Part shown: positions 49,257-61,745 of the stretch, piece by piece | How positions within the stretch are numbered: position 1 is the first letter of the stretch | Layout: every line of letters starts with the position of its first letter | Assembly: GCA_002269645.1 (NCBI GenBank) | Contig: NIVC01000309.1 | Span: 1 to 64,000 of the forward strand | DNA from: Macrostomum lignano | Lineage: Eukaryota | Length of the DNA stretch: 64,000 bases | Direction of reading: 5' to 3' | Program-made: the position numbers and the translations under genes | The notes under the pieces: generated by a model | The model's input: only the letters and a program-made list of their open reading frames with translations | What the model was told of the DNA's origin: nothing | Database searches by the model: none

Positions 49257-49480
49257 GATCTCACTGAGATGAATCTCACCGGGACGAATCTCACTAGGAC
49301 GAATCTCACTGTGACGAATCTCTCTGAGACGAATCTCTCTGGGACGAATCTCACTGGGACGAATCTCTCTGGGACGAATCTCACTGGGACGAATCTCACT
49401 GGGCCGAATCTCACTGGGCCGAATCTCACTGGGACGAATCTCACTGGTACGAATCTCACTGGGACGAATCTCACTGAGAC
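49257..49480. repeat. 15-bp minisatellite (GAATCTCACTGGGAC)
   Basis: Direct inspection. Confidence 0.88.
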
Positions 49481-50232
49481 GTATCTCAATCGTAAAAATC
49501 TCCGGCAAATCTCAGTGAGACGAATTCAAACATAATGATTATCAAGAGAGCAAATCTCCAGGGAAAAGTCTAAAGGATTTAAATCCCAGTGAAAAGCCGG
49601 CCATCAAAGGCAGCAGCTGCAACCAGAAGCTGGAGATGGCTGAGCCAGCGCAGTCAGGCATAAACAAATCAGGTGCAATACAAGCTGGATGCACAGCGGG
49701 GGCTCCCATAATTGCCTGTTTTTTCCGTTCTCAATCTGCACTCCTGAGCCCCCTTAAATACCTAATTCCTAGAAATCCGTCAACAATTTTGTAATTAGCC
49801 AGCCGGCTCAGGCGTCAGCTCAGCTGAGCCGAAGCCGAGAAATCATTGGCTTACCTTTTAATAAGCGGAAGCCCCCCAAAACACGGCCCTCAGCGCTGGC
49901 ATTCGAGATTTTTATCCCCCCACCCGCCCCCCCGAAATCCAGCTGCGCGGCTGCACAAATCTGTAGCGCCGCAATGGAGTGGGGCAGGTAGGGATGGCCG
50001 GGAGGAGAAATTTAATCCCGAATCAAAGCTGCACCGGCACAGTTGAAGCTGCCCTGGGTTTTTTATTTAGATTCGGCTTTCACTTCGAGACTGCGGCCCG
50101 GTCGAGATGCGACTTCTTGCGGCTAACTGGGATGGAGTGGCGCTTGCACTGCGGCTCCAAGTGCCTGTCTATCTGACTGGGCGCTTGTCTACCTGCCTAT
50201 CCACCTGCATAATTAATAGTAATGCTAATAAC

Positions 50233-50547
<315 letters not shown>

Positions 50548-51471
50548 TCAACTAGTTGAATAGTTTAGCAGCTTTCTTCATCGACTTGCATCCAGCAGCT
50601 GCACAGTGATGTGCATAAGCCTGCCCTGAGAAGACTGCTATCCAGCACATGTATCAATTTGTATCAGCAGCTAATTTTTAGAATTTAGCAAGCAATAAAA
50701 AAGTGGCACAAAATTTTGTCTGCACTGCAATTTTAGAGACTAACCCAGCAAACTGTTACAATATCTGTAATACGATAAAGATTTTCAATCAACTATATCA
50801 AGAAATACCTCGTAACTGTTGAAACTTACTTAGCCGCTCGCAGTTTGCAGTGTGCTCAAACCTTGAGCAGAGTTAGCCTAGCTGCTTGCTCTACCAGCAG
50901 TGCAGTAGTCGATGCCATTATATTGTCCGCGTCGCAACAATATTCAGTGAAAGTGTTGAGCTCGGTACACTTTCTTCAACGGCGCTCTCCGGTTGGAGTC
51001 AAGCGAAGAGTCTCTTGTCGAGAGAAAAAAAGCGAACACTGATTGCCTGGATTTGCCCTGCGCTACTCGGTTCGCGGCTTAGGGTGGAAAGCACGCGGTT
51101 GCTTAAGATAATCCGCTAGGCTTAGTAGCGGGATTGAGAGAGAGAGAGGGGGGTCCGGCATTGGCTCCCCGGCCTGACAGCCAGGTCCTGACGCCATTGG
51201 ACGTCATCAGTAGCTCTTTTGGGGGAGTTAGAAAAATCCCGATTCCCAGAATTATTTAATTCGACACGCCCGATCGACTGCGGGCCAGCCAAGAGCCGCT
51301 GCGGCAAACCGAGTGAGGATTTGAGGGGAAATCAGAAAACTGGGGTCTGCCTCGGGCCAGCAGCTTTCTCGCGTGTTTTTATAGGTCATTTTTGCAATAG
51401 TTCCGACTTTAAGACAATTTAACAAAGCTCTCAGGTTTCAGTCTCAATTCCTAGTTTTCTTACTGTCCGTA

Positions 51472-54466
51472 AGTGTCTGTGGTTAGCGTCCATCACCATG
51501 AGTGTGTGGCTAGTGTCCATCACCATGAGTGTCTGTGGGGCTAGTGTCTATCACCATGAGTGTCTGTGGTTAGTGTCCATCACCATGAGTGTCTGTGGGG
51601 CTAGTGTCCATCACCATGAGTGTCTGTGGGGTTAGCGTCCATCACCATGAGTGTCTGTGGCTAGTGTCTATCACCATGAGTGTCTGTGGGGCTAGTGTCC
51701 ATCACCATGAGTGTCTGTGGGGCTAGCGTCCATCACCATGAGTGTCTGTGGCTAGTGTCTATCACCATGAGTGTCTGTGGGGCTAGTGTCTATCACCATG
51801 AGTGTCTGTGGGGCTAGTGTCCATCACCATGAGTGTCTGTGGGCTAGTGTCTATCACCATGAGTGTCTGTGGGGCTAGTGTCTATCACCATGAGTGTCTG
51901 TGGGGCTAGCGTCCATCACCATGAGTGTCTGTGGCTAGTGTCTATCACCATGAGTGTCTGTGGAGCTAGTGTCCATCACCATGAGTGTCTGTGGGCTAGT
52001 GTCTATCACCATGAGTGTCTGTGGGGCTAGTGTCTATCACCATGAGTGTCTGTGGTTAGTGTCTATCACCATGAGTGTCTGTGGCTAGTGTCTATCACCA
52101 TGAGTGTCTGTGGTTAGTGTCCATCACCATGAGTGTCTGTGGCTAGTGTCTATCACCATGAGTGTCTGTGGGGCTAGCGTCCATCATCATGAGTGTCTGT
52201 GGCTAGTGTCTATCACCATGAGTGTCTGTGGGGCTAGTGTCTATCACCATGAGTGTCTGTGGGGCTAGTGTCCATCACCATGAGTGTCTGTGGCTAGTGT
52301 CTATCACCATGAGTGTCTGTGGGGCTAGTGTCTATCACCATGAGTGTCTGTGGGGCTAGCGTCCATCACCATGAGTGTCTGTGGCTAGTGTCTATCACCA
52401 TGAGTGTCTGTGGGGCTAGTGTCCATCACCATGAGGGTCTGTGGGCTAGTGTCTATCACCATGAGTGTCTGTGGTTAGTGTCTATCACCATGAGTGTCTG
52501 TGGCTAGTGTCTATCACCATGAGTGTCTGTGGTTAGTGTCCATCACCATGAGTGTCTGTGGCTAGTGTCTATCACCATGAGTGTCTGTGGGGCTAGTGTC
52601 TATCACCATGAGTGTCTGTGGCTAGTGTCTATCACCATGAGTGTCTGTGGTTAGTGTCCATCACCATGAGTGTCTGTGGGGCTAGTGTCTATCACCATGA
52701 GTGTCTGTGGGCTAGTGTCCATCACCATGAGTGTCTGTGGCTAGTGTCTATCACCATGAGTGTCTGTGGGGCTAGTGTCCATCACCATGAGTGTCTGTGG
52801 GGCTAGTGTCTATCACCATGAGTGTCTGTGGGGCTAGCGTCCATCACCATGAGTGTCTGTGGGGCTAGTGTCTATCACCATGAGTGTCTGTGGGGCTAGT
52901 GTCTATCACCATGAGTGTCTGTGGGGCTAGCGTCCATCACCATGAGTGTCTTTGGCTAGTGTCCATCACCATGAGGGTCTGTGGGGCTAGTGTCTATCAC
53001 CATGAGTGTCTGTGGGGCTAGTGTCCATCACCATGAGAGTCTGTGGCTAGTGTCCATCACCATGAGTGTCTTTGGCTAGTGTCCATCACCATGAGGGTCT
53101 GTGGCTAGTGTCTATCACCATGAGTGTCTGTGGCTAGTGTCTATCACCATGAGTGTCTTTGGCTAGTGTCCATCACCATGAGGGTCTGTGGCTAGTGTCT
53201 ATCACCATGAGTGTCTGTGGCTAGTGTCTATCACCATGAGTGTCTGTGGGCTAGTGTCTATCACCATGAGTGTCTGTGGGGCTAGTGTCCATCACCATGA
53301 GTGTCTGTGGCTAGTGTCTATCACCATGAGTGTCTGTGGGGTTAGTGTCTATCACCATGAGTGTCTGTGGGGCTAGTGTCCATCACCATGAGTGTCTGTG
53401 GGGCTAGTGTCCATCACCATGAGTGTCTTTGGCTAGTGTCCATCACCATGAGGGTCTGTGGCTAGTGTCCATCACCATGAGTGTCTAGTGGCTAGTGTCC
53501 ATGAGTGTCTGTGGCTAGTGTCAATCACCATGAGTGTCTGTGGTTAGTGTCTATCACCATGAGTGTCTGTGGCTAGTGTCTATCACCATGAGTGTCTGTG
53601 GCTAGTGTCCATCACCATGAGTGTCTGTGGCTAGTGTCTATCACCATGAGTGTCTGTGGGGCTAGTGTCTATCACCATGAGTGTCTGTGGCTAGTGTCTA
53701 TCACCATGAGTGTCTGTGGTTAGTGTCCATCACCATGAGTGTCTGTGGGGCTAGTGTCTATCACCATGAGTGTCTGTGGGCTAGTGTCCATCACCATGAG
53801 TGTCTGTGGCTAGTGTCTATCACCATGAGTGTCTGTGGGGCTAGTGTCCATCACCATGAGTGTCTGTGGGGCTAGTGTCTATCACCATGAGTGTCTGTGG
53901 GGCTAGCGTCCATCACCATGAGTGTCTGTGGGGCTAGTGTCTATCACCATGAGTGTCTGTGGGGCTAGTGTCCATCACCATGAGTGTCTGTGGGGCTAGC
54001 GTCTATCACCATGAGTGTCTGTGGCTAGTGTCCATCACCATGAGGGTCTGTGGGGCTAGTGTCTATCACCATGAGTGTCTGAGGGGCTAGTGTCTATCAC
54101 CACGAGTGTCTGTGTGGCTAGTGTCTATCACCATGAGTGTCTGTGGGGCTAGTGTCTATCACCATGAGTGTCTGTGGCTAGTGTCTATCACCATGAGTGT
54201 CTGTGGGCTAGTGTCTATCACCATGAGTGTCTAGTGGCTAGTGTCCATGAGTGTCTGTGGCTAGTGTCTATCACCATGAGTGTCTGTGGTTAGTGTCTAT
54301 CACCATGAGTGTCTGTGGCTAGTGTCTATCACCATGAGTGTCTGTGGTTAGTTTCCATCACCATGAGTGTCTGTGGCTAGTGTCTATCACCATGAGTGTC
54401 TGTGGGGCTAGTGTCTATCACCATGAGTGTCTGTGGCTAGTGTCCATGAGTGTCTGTGGCTAGTGT
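51472..54466. repeat. 29-31-bp satellite (CTAGTGTCTATCACCATGAGTGTCTGTGG[G][G]), about 3 kb
   Basis: Direct inspection; unit length varies with the G-run length. Confidence 0.97.
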
Positions 54467-55165
54467 CCTGCTGTAGTATTCGACGGCCATAATTTTCTTT
54501 TCTGTTTCAAGGATCGTGCGATTGACAGCACAAACATCACTGCTGCCGTTTCTATCGAAAATGAGAATTCTAGATGAAGCCAGTGCATTACTAATAGATG
54601 GACTTATCTCCCAGGTGTGAAAGACTCGCGGGCAATGAAATACAAGCCGGCGCAGGTCGAGTCGAAGCTGATTATCCCAACCAATTCTGCTCAAAATCGA
54701 GCGCGGAGAGACAGCGATGCAGGGGGAAGGAGGGCGAAAGAAAAGGAATCTGAGATGCGCAGGCGAGAAGCAGGGCAGTTGAATCGCTGACACAGATTCA
54801 GGGCCAGCCAGCCCCCTCAAGCCCCCTCCCTTTAGTCCGGAACCGACTCGGAACGCCTTTTAGAATTGTAACGCGACACGAAGGAAGCGCTGCTGCTACT
54901 GCTGCTAGAGAAAGATGGCGGTACTCTAAAGAAGCTGAGCAGATTAATTTCGAATTCGTTTGGGCTTTTCTTTTTTCTCCATCTGTGAGCAGTGCCATCT
55001 CTTTTTATATTAATCTGCAGACCTAAGGAAGAGATATATGCTAAGTACTTTAGAAAATACAGAGCGCAATGGACAATTTTTTTGTTATTGTTTTTGTCGA
55101 CAAAACAAGTGGAGAAGCGAAGCGAGAGTGTACATGCCTTGAAGATTAGAAAGTCAAAGGGTCTG

Positions 55166-55230
55166 TGCTCAGGAGCCAGCGGAATGAGCGGAATTGACTC
55201 AGCGCTGGTTGTGAGACGTGTCACCGAAGG
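55166..55230 (+). repeat. Dispersed 65-bp element, copy 1
   Basis: About 86% identical to 60214-60279, with identical core GAATTGACTCAGCGCTGGTTGTG. Confidence 0.8.
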
Positions 55231-56773
55231 GGCTAAACATTAAAAGTGCCACTGAAACTGTATAATGAAAATCGAAAATAGTCTTGCTGATTTTCTGCTT
55301 ATTGAGAAAAAAATACACAGTTTCCTTACCTCGCTACTATCGGGTCACAAGTAGTATTTCGAGCACTAAACTAAAAATGATTTGCAGAATGTGTAAAACG
55401 CACACTGATGCGTGGGTGTTTATTCTTGAGCACATGGAGGGTAAAGAGAGACAAAATGACGCCAGACCGCCATGACGTGCATCTCTCTGCGTGTTGCTGG
55501 GCACTCAGTCCATGGCTATACTCAGACGAATTCCATTCTCACGACCCCCCGTACATTCTACGTTATTACAGGCATGCTGTTAGATAGACAGACATCCAGT
55601 AGTGACAGCGGAGGGTCTAAAGAATTTCATAAAATTTAAAAGATAGAAGCCATGACAAACATAAGCTTATATATTGAAAAACATTGCCCCGCACTAACCG
55701 ACATTGTCTTCCGTTATTCTGAATTTTTATATTTAATGGTTCTTTAACGGTTTTGAAGAAAGTAATTGTTGCTCGATTTAAGAAGTGGTTGTGATATTGC
55801 TCAAGACATACATTACAGGACCATATTCAGGAGTTGCATCCATGGGTTATTAGTCTATAAGAAAGAAGCAAGATTTTACAAGATTACCGCTTTCGAATTT
55901 GAAGAATGAAATTAAAATGCAACAGCACACAGCGGGAAGCCATAAATTTGCTAGAACAGTGGAGAGAATGCATGAATTTGAGGGCAATAAAAACCCCGAT
56001 GCAATTAGCGGCTTGGATGGAATGGAACGGTTACGAGTGTAAGGTTGTAAAATTTCAAAGCGTTAAAAATTGCTGAAAACTTATTTTCTAAGTTTGTAAA
56101 AATGAACATGCGCAGGCTTTTTGCTTTTTGTTAGCGCCATCACGCCATCACGGGTGCACTCAGCAACGTCGAAAAGTCAACATCACAGAAGATTCCGTCT
56201 GTGGTCGTCACTTTTGAGAGTGGCCGCGGCAGACTTGAGTTGAGGAATGAAGTGTGGGGAGGGCGGTGTGCGAGGGTTGGGCGGATTAAGGCTACCCCCG
56301 ATATCAGTTTTCTCGTACTTTTTATCATAGAGTGGCGACTTTTCAATGTTGCTGAGTACATATTATCCCATTGATAACTAAGTCATAGATAGGCCTTTAC
56401 TAAAATTGATGGCAAACAAAAATACTCGTAGCAATGAGCGCAGCTTGCGATGCCTAACTATGGCAAGAAAGGTTCAGACAGCCGTAGAAGCGGACAGAGA
56501 AGGAATGAGAGAAGAGAGAGACAAAGCCAGGGTTAGAAGGATAGACACTTCGGCAAAGGTATAGAGCTCGAAGATTGGGCAGAAACAAAAGGAATTAAAG
56601 ATAGCCAGGTATAGAAAATTTCTCATCTGCTGGCCATGTAGGAAGGAATGTCGTATCTGTGTATTAATACATAGGCTTCTTCAGGCGCATGCGGTAGGCT
56701 GCACATACTGACGCGCCGTTTAAAACACAGCTTTGAGACGGTCAGTCAACTCATTCCGCAAGTTCAGTACTGA

Positions 56774-57323
56774 ATGATGATGCCAAAGACGGAGCTAGCA
56801 GAGCTAGTCGTGCTGAACCTCCTGCTGATGGCATTATCTGCGGCGAATGCTCAGAGTCTTGAAGGCTGGGCCAGCTCAAAAGAGGTGCCGTTGGGTGGCA
56901 GCCTGCGACTCCGCTGCAGCGCCGTCGGTCCGTCGGGTCTAGCGGTCCGCCTCGCTTGTCCGCTGCTCGCCAAGACTGCTGGGTCGGCGGCAACTTGATT
57001 TGAAGATTGCCAACGATCGCCAAGAGCTGCGACAATCCCGGAGCTGCAGACGGCCGCTCGGTGCGAGCTGAGGCGGCGGCAGGTGGCGGCGCCAGGGAGC
57101 AGCATGGGCGACCACGGGTGGTCAGAGGTGACGATAGAGTACGAGTTTTCCGATTTCAGTCAACGATACGATGGAAACTATACCTGCAAGTTCATGCTGC
57201 TGCGAGCCGTCAGCACCGTCAAGGTTGCATTGCCAGCGACTGAGTCATCGAAGACAAGTGCAGCTTATGCGACAACGCCGGAGCCAAAGAACTCGAAGAT
57301 TTACGATTCTTCCGATAGTGCAG
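56774..57323 (+). CDS. Ig-like domain type I membrane protein, exon 1 (contains in-frame TGA at 56996-56998)
   Basis: Signal peptide; VPLGGSLRLRC (B-strand Cys) and YDGNYTCKF (DxGxYxC) lie in the same frame on either side of a single TGA; G|GTCAGT donor. Confidence 0.7.
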
Positions 57324-57414
57324 GTCAGTAAAACTGAAATTCAAAGATTTCTTTTTGAGACGCGGAACAGCTCTTTGATTGAGATTCTCTGAGTCGCCTG
57401 AGTGCCACCTTGGA

Positions 57415-58160
57415 TGTTAGTATCTAACAGCTAGTGTCTAACAGCTAGTGTCTAACAGCTAGTGTCTAACAGCTAGTGTCTAACAACTAGTGTCTAACAG
57501 CTAGTGTCTAATAACTAGTGTCTAACAGCTAGTGTCTAACAGCTAGTGTCTAACAGCTAGTGTCTAACAACTAGTGTCTAACAGCTAGTGTCTAACAGCT
57601 AGTGTCTAACAGCTAGTGTCTAACAGCTAGTGTCTAACAGCTAGTGTCTAACAGCTAGTGTCTAACAACTAGTGTCTAACAGCTAGTGTCTAACAGCTAG
57701 TGTCTAACAGCTAGTGTCTAACAGCTAGTGTCTAACAGCTAGTGTTTAACAGCTAGTGTCTAACAGCTAGTGTCTAACAGCTAGTGTCTAACAGCTAGTG
57801 TCCAAAACCTAGTGTCTAACAGCTAGTGTCTAACAGCTAGTGTCTAACAGCTAGTGTCTAACAACTAGTGTCTAACAGCTAGTGTCTAACAGCTAGTGTC
57901 TAACAGCTAGTGTCTAACAGCTAGTGTCTAACAGCTAGTGTCTAACAGCTAGTGTCTAACAGCTAGTGTCTAACAGCTAGTGTCTAACAGCTAGTGTCCA
58001 AAACCTAGTGTCTAACAGCTAGTGTCTAACAGCTAGTGTCTAACAGCTAGTGTCTAACAACTAGTGTCTAACAGCTAGTGTCTAACAACTAGTGTCTAAC
58101 AGCTAGTGTCTAACAACTAGTGTCTAACAGCTAGTGTCTAACAACTAGTGTCTAACAGCT
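57415..58160. repeat. 14-bp minisatellite (TGTCTAACAGCTAG) in intron 1 of the Ig-like gene
   Basis: Direct inspection. Confidence 0.96.
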
Positions 58161-58450
58161 GGTGCCGGTGTCTGCAGCGCGGTCTCCCTCTGGGTGGTCG
58201 CTCGCCCGGTAGCTTTTAGTTAGCGGGCAAGCCGGCAGAAGTTCTCGGGCCCGAGGTAGTTGGAAAGGTCCGGGTTTTGGGCCCAGGTAGGTGAGCCTGT
58301 CCTGAACAAAAGCGGGGCAGTCACCGATGAAGTGCTCCGCACTATCAACACTGGCGCAGAGGCATAATGGGCATTCCTCATTGCGGATTTTTCCCGGAGG
58401 TAGCAATACTTTGCAGAACAGTCATGGTCCATTTGTCCCTCCGGTTGAAT
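58160..58450 (-). mobile_element. 3' fragment of a non-LTR retrotransposon (I/R1-like LINE ORF2 C-terminus)
   Basis: Frameshifted DHDCSAKY / GKIRNEECPLCLCASVDSAEHFIGDCPAFVQDRLTYLG (CCHC zinc knuckle) and LKATGR terminal motif. Confidence 0.65.
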
Positions 58451-58657
58451 TTTGCAGCCGTAGACGTCGTGCGAAAGAGCTCAACAGCAGCCGTAAGCAA
58501 TTCGGCAACTGGAATTGTGAAAAAGGCCAGACCGACCGAAGCCCCCCTTGGCGATTGGTTCCGAATGGAAAGTTGTAAGTAATGCTGCTCATATCTGATG
58601 CAACACAATCGGCACGTACCCCGGTTAGTTCAAGCTGATAAGCTTCATTGCTTGCAG

Positions 58658-58798
58658 ATGGACCGATCACACTGGGCCACGTGATCGCAGTCTCGCTAAG
58701 CGTAGTCACGCTACTGTTAGTCGCCTGCCTTGCCGCCGGCCTCGTCAGCTGCTACTGCCGACGAATTCGTCGAAAACGGCGACGCGCAGAATTTACGA
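58658..58798 (+). CDS. Ig-like membrane protein exon 2 (TM and basic stop-transfer)
   Basis: ttgcag|AT GGA CCG...VIAVSLSVVTLLLVACLAAGLVSCYC RRIRRKRRR; A|GTAAGT donor; phase 1 to 1. Confidence 0.75.
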
Positions 58799-58945
58799 GT
58801 AAGTCTTGGATGGTCTTGGATGAATTTTTGCAAGAGAGACACATCGTCTACTTAAAGTAGAAATATAAGCGTAGCATGCTATTCTTCGTAATGACAAACA
58901 TTATAACCAGAACTATAAATAGCTTCGCCTGCTCGCCCCGCGCAG

Positions 58946-59769
58946 TATCGATGGACGGCACAGGTGGCTGGGGCGCCTCGCTGCCGCGCGGCCGGCAGAC
59001 ACCAATCGGCGGCTTCTCAACAGCCGACATCGCAGCTGCCGCGGCCGCCTCGGTGTCGGCATCAGCCACCTTGCAGGCTGGTGCAGACTCGTCGTGGACT
59101 TCATCGCCAATCTACGCCGACGTTGAATCTTCGCCGCTGATCAGCGGCGGCGGCAGTGCCGGTCATCGACAGAATGCCGCCTTCGGCTCCCAGGGCCGTG
59201 GCATCAACGGGGCGGCCGTTGCTGTCGGAAGCAGCAGCGGTTCGTTCTTCAATCGCGACCAGCTTGGACGTCACTCGTTTCACAGCGTCCGCCAGCAGCA
59301 CCAGGTGATAAACCGAGGTGCGACCTCATCAGCCGCTGCGTCGCCCGCGATTCCTAGGCAAAATCCGCTGCATTCTCCTCCATTATCATTCGCTCCATCA
59401 TCGGATGCTGTACCAGTCCCAATCCTGCAGCTGGTGGCTGAGCAGCGAGTTGAGATTGACCGGCTCAGCCAGCAGCTGCGCAATTCGCAGAGGCAGTTAA
59501 ACCAGCTCGTGGCGTCGCACACAGACCTGCACCGGTGCCTGAGCTCCAGGCAGCTCAACTCAGCTGTTCGGCACAGACACGAGAGCGGTCCGCAGCAGCT
59601 GACTAATGAGTACCAGCAGGACCCCAGCCAGGACCGCTCTATTGTCGGAGGCGTCTACGGCTCCACAGACGCGCTGACGGTGGAGACAATTGACGAAGAA
59701 TTTGAGGCTGATGGAACTTTGAAAACGCCGGCTCGCAAGCAGCAGCAGCAACGGCAGCAGTTGCATTAG
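58946..59769 (+). CDS. Ig-like membrane protein exon 3 (low-complexity cytoplasmic tail with short coiled coil)
   Basis: Phase-compatible acceptor cttcgcctgctcgccccgcgcag|TA TCG ATG; open to TAG at 59769; EQRVEIDRLSQQLRNSQRQLNQL heptad-like stretch. Confidence 0.65.
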
Positions 59770-60213
59770 CGGCTTAGGCCATCGTCATTGCGTAATTGTC
59801 GCCTTGACTTTTGCCATACGTAGTATTGGTTTAAATCTGATACGCCAGTACATGTAACATGTGTAACGCAATCAATCTGCTTATGCTTATGATTTTTGAT
59901 ACACCTGACTAAGCCTCCCTTTACAGTTTAACGTTGCTATTTAGTAAAAAAACCATGACTGATATTGCTATATGCACAAATCAGTGAGAGAGTTTCTTAC
60001 CGAATAAGTCAATCACTGGTTGCTAGGCGAAAGAACGGTGCTAACAATGTAAATTGAGGGTCAGCAAGAACTATAGTGATAAGGCAGCCACATGCTCAAC
60101 AACAACAATGCGAGGACGGAGAAGATGACGATTGGAAGCTCAAGGCCGCTGTGCATCCGGTGTGAGCGTGTGTATGAGTGCGTGCCTGAGTACAGAGTAT
60201 TGGCGCGCTTGTA

Positions 60214-60279
60214 TGCTCAGGAGTCAGTGGGATGGGCTGAATTGACTCAGCGCTGGTTGTGGGACAATGTCGCCGAAGG
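60214..60279 (+). repeat. Dispersed 65-bp element, copy 2
   Basis: About 86% identical to 55166-55230. Confidence 0.8.
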
Positions 60280-61745
60280 CGTTGCACCAGGGTGCTCGCA
60301 GCCCTCCTGCAAATGTTTGTTAGCATTATTAAGCTCTAGAATATATATAAGCTACAACAGTCAAACTACTATCGAGTGAGTAAGGTATGGAGCAGTTTTT
60401 GCTTTGGCTAATAGTAAATTCAAGAAGATAAAATCAACTATCAATCAAAATAAGTTTTCCATCAATCGCCCGCTTGCGCATACGGCTTCTCCGAGTTGCT
60501 TCTCCATCTCTAGGCGTCTCAACATTCTCCCGCAATTACACTTGTCCAGTTCTCCAATGCCGACTAACAAGAAGTGAGTACAGGCTCCAGCTAGGCTTTG
60601 ACTTGCCTGGAGAGTATAGATGCCTTCGAAATCAGGCGCCGGTGTGTGTGGGCTGAGGGGAAGGCGTCGTTTCTCATTTCGGTGGGCAAGGCCCGTTAAG
60701 CCGGAGACCCATAATTGGTGGGTGCCTCCGGAGTTTTTGTTGAGTGGCCAAGGCGGCAGTAGAGGGGGGGGGGCGGCCCGGGGAGCCTGCATGGTGGCAA
60801 CTGTGTGATATGGCGGTGATGAGCTGGCAAAACTCGCGGACGGCCTGGAGACCGCGGGAGAGCACGAGGGGAAGGGAAGGGCAGAAGGAAGCAGCCAACG
60901 AGTTCAGTTCAGTCGCACTTGAGATGGAGAAAAAAACACAGAAGAAAGTTCTACCCAGAATTCGTCCCGGGGAGTGAAAGGCAAAACCGGGAATATAGAA
61001 TTGGGAATATAGAACTTTATTCGGTTCTTCTGCTTTTTTTCGGAGAGAAAAGGGAAAATGGCTTACGAAATCAGACATTCGGTTCATTCTACGAGGCCAC
61101 TACAAGGCAAGAGAGGAGCGACAGTGCAATAGGTACGTTCTTATTCTGTGCTCAAGAGGTAAAACTGTTTGTTCCTACCCGAAGGCACACTTTTTTAATT
61201 TGCACAAATCAAAACTGTGCAGTTCCAGCAGTGTTGCTAAGATGGTAAGGCTTAGGGGGAATCGCTGAGATGTCAATGTTGAGGTCAGAAGCTACAGGTA
61301 GTTTATTCAAACTTTTATTTTACATTTTTGTTGGCTCCAAAATGGTGAGGCGCTGATTGCTAGTAGACCAACTCACTCCGCTAAGCTGTAACATTCTTGG
61401 ATCTCAGGCTAGTGTAAGAAAAGAATAACTATGAAAGCAAAGAGAACGGCAAACTGTGTGTGTACATAAGAAGACGCGATGGGCGTGCCTTGTGGCATGG
61501 CAGACAGCCAGGTTTCAATTCTTTTCGAAAGTTTCGCGCGATATGAGCTCAGTGCAGAGACACACAGAATTGGCAACAATGTGCAAACAATAGAAGGAAG
61601 AATGACAGAACAGCACACCACCTCGTGGCCAAACTTCTTTTTATGCATGCATCACATGCTGAGAAGAGATACCCACGCAGGAATGTCGCTGAGCTCTAAA
61701 ACTTTTCGTTGCAATTATTTCTCTGTAACAGACTGGGCTGCACCG

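Noticed and set aside
59955-59988. SECIS-like hairpin (ATGA-CTGAT...ATCAG-TGAG) downstream of the TGA-containing Ig gene
   Set aside because: The GA quartet is out of register by one base, the upper stem is too short and the AA motif is not at the apex.
61479-61745. N-terminal 89-aa extension of the 504-aa ORF
   Set aside because: The signal peptide begins at ATG 61746 and a strong acceptor sits at 61730-61731, so the extension is probably intronic or outron sequence.
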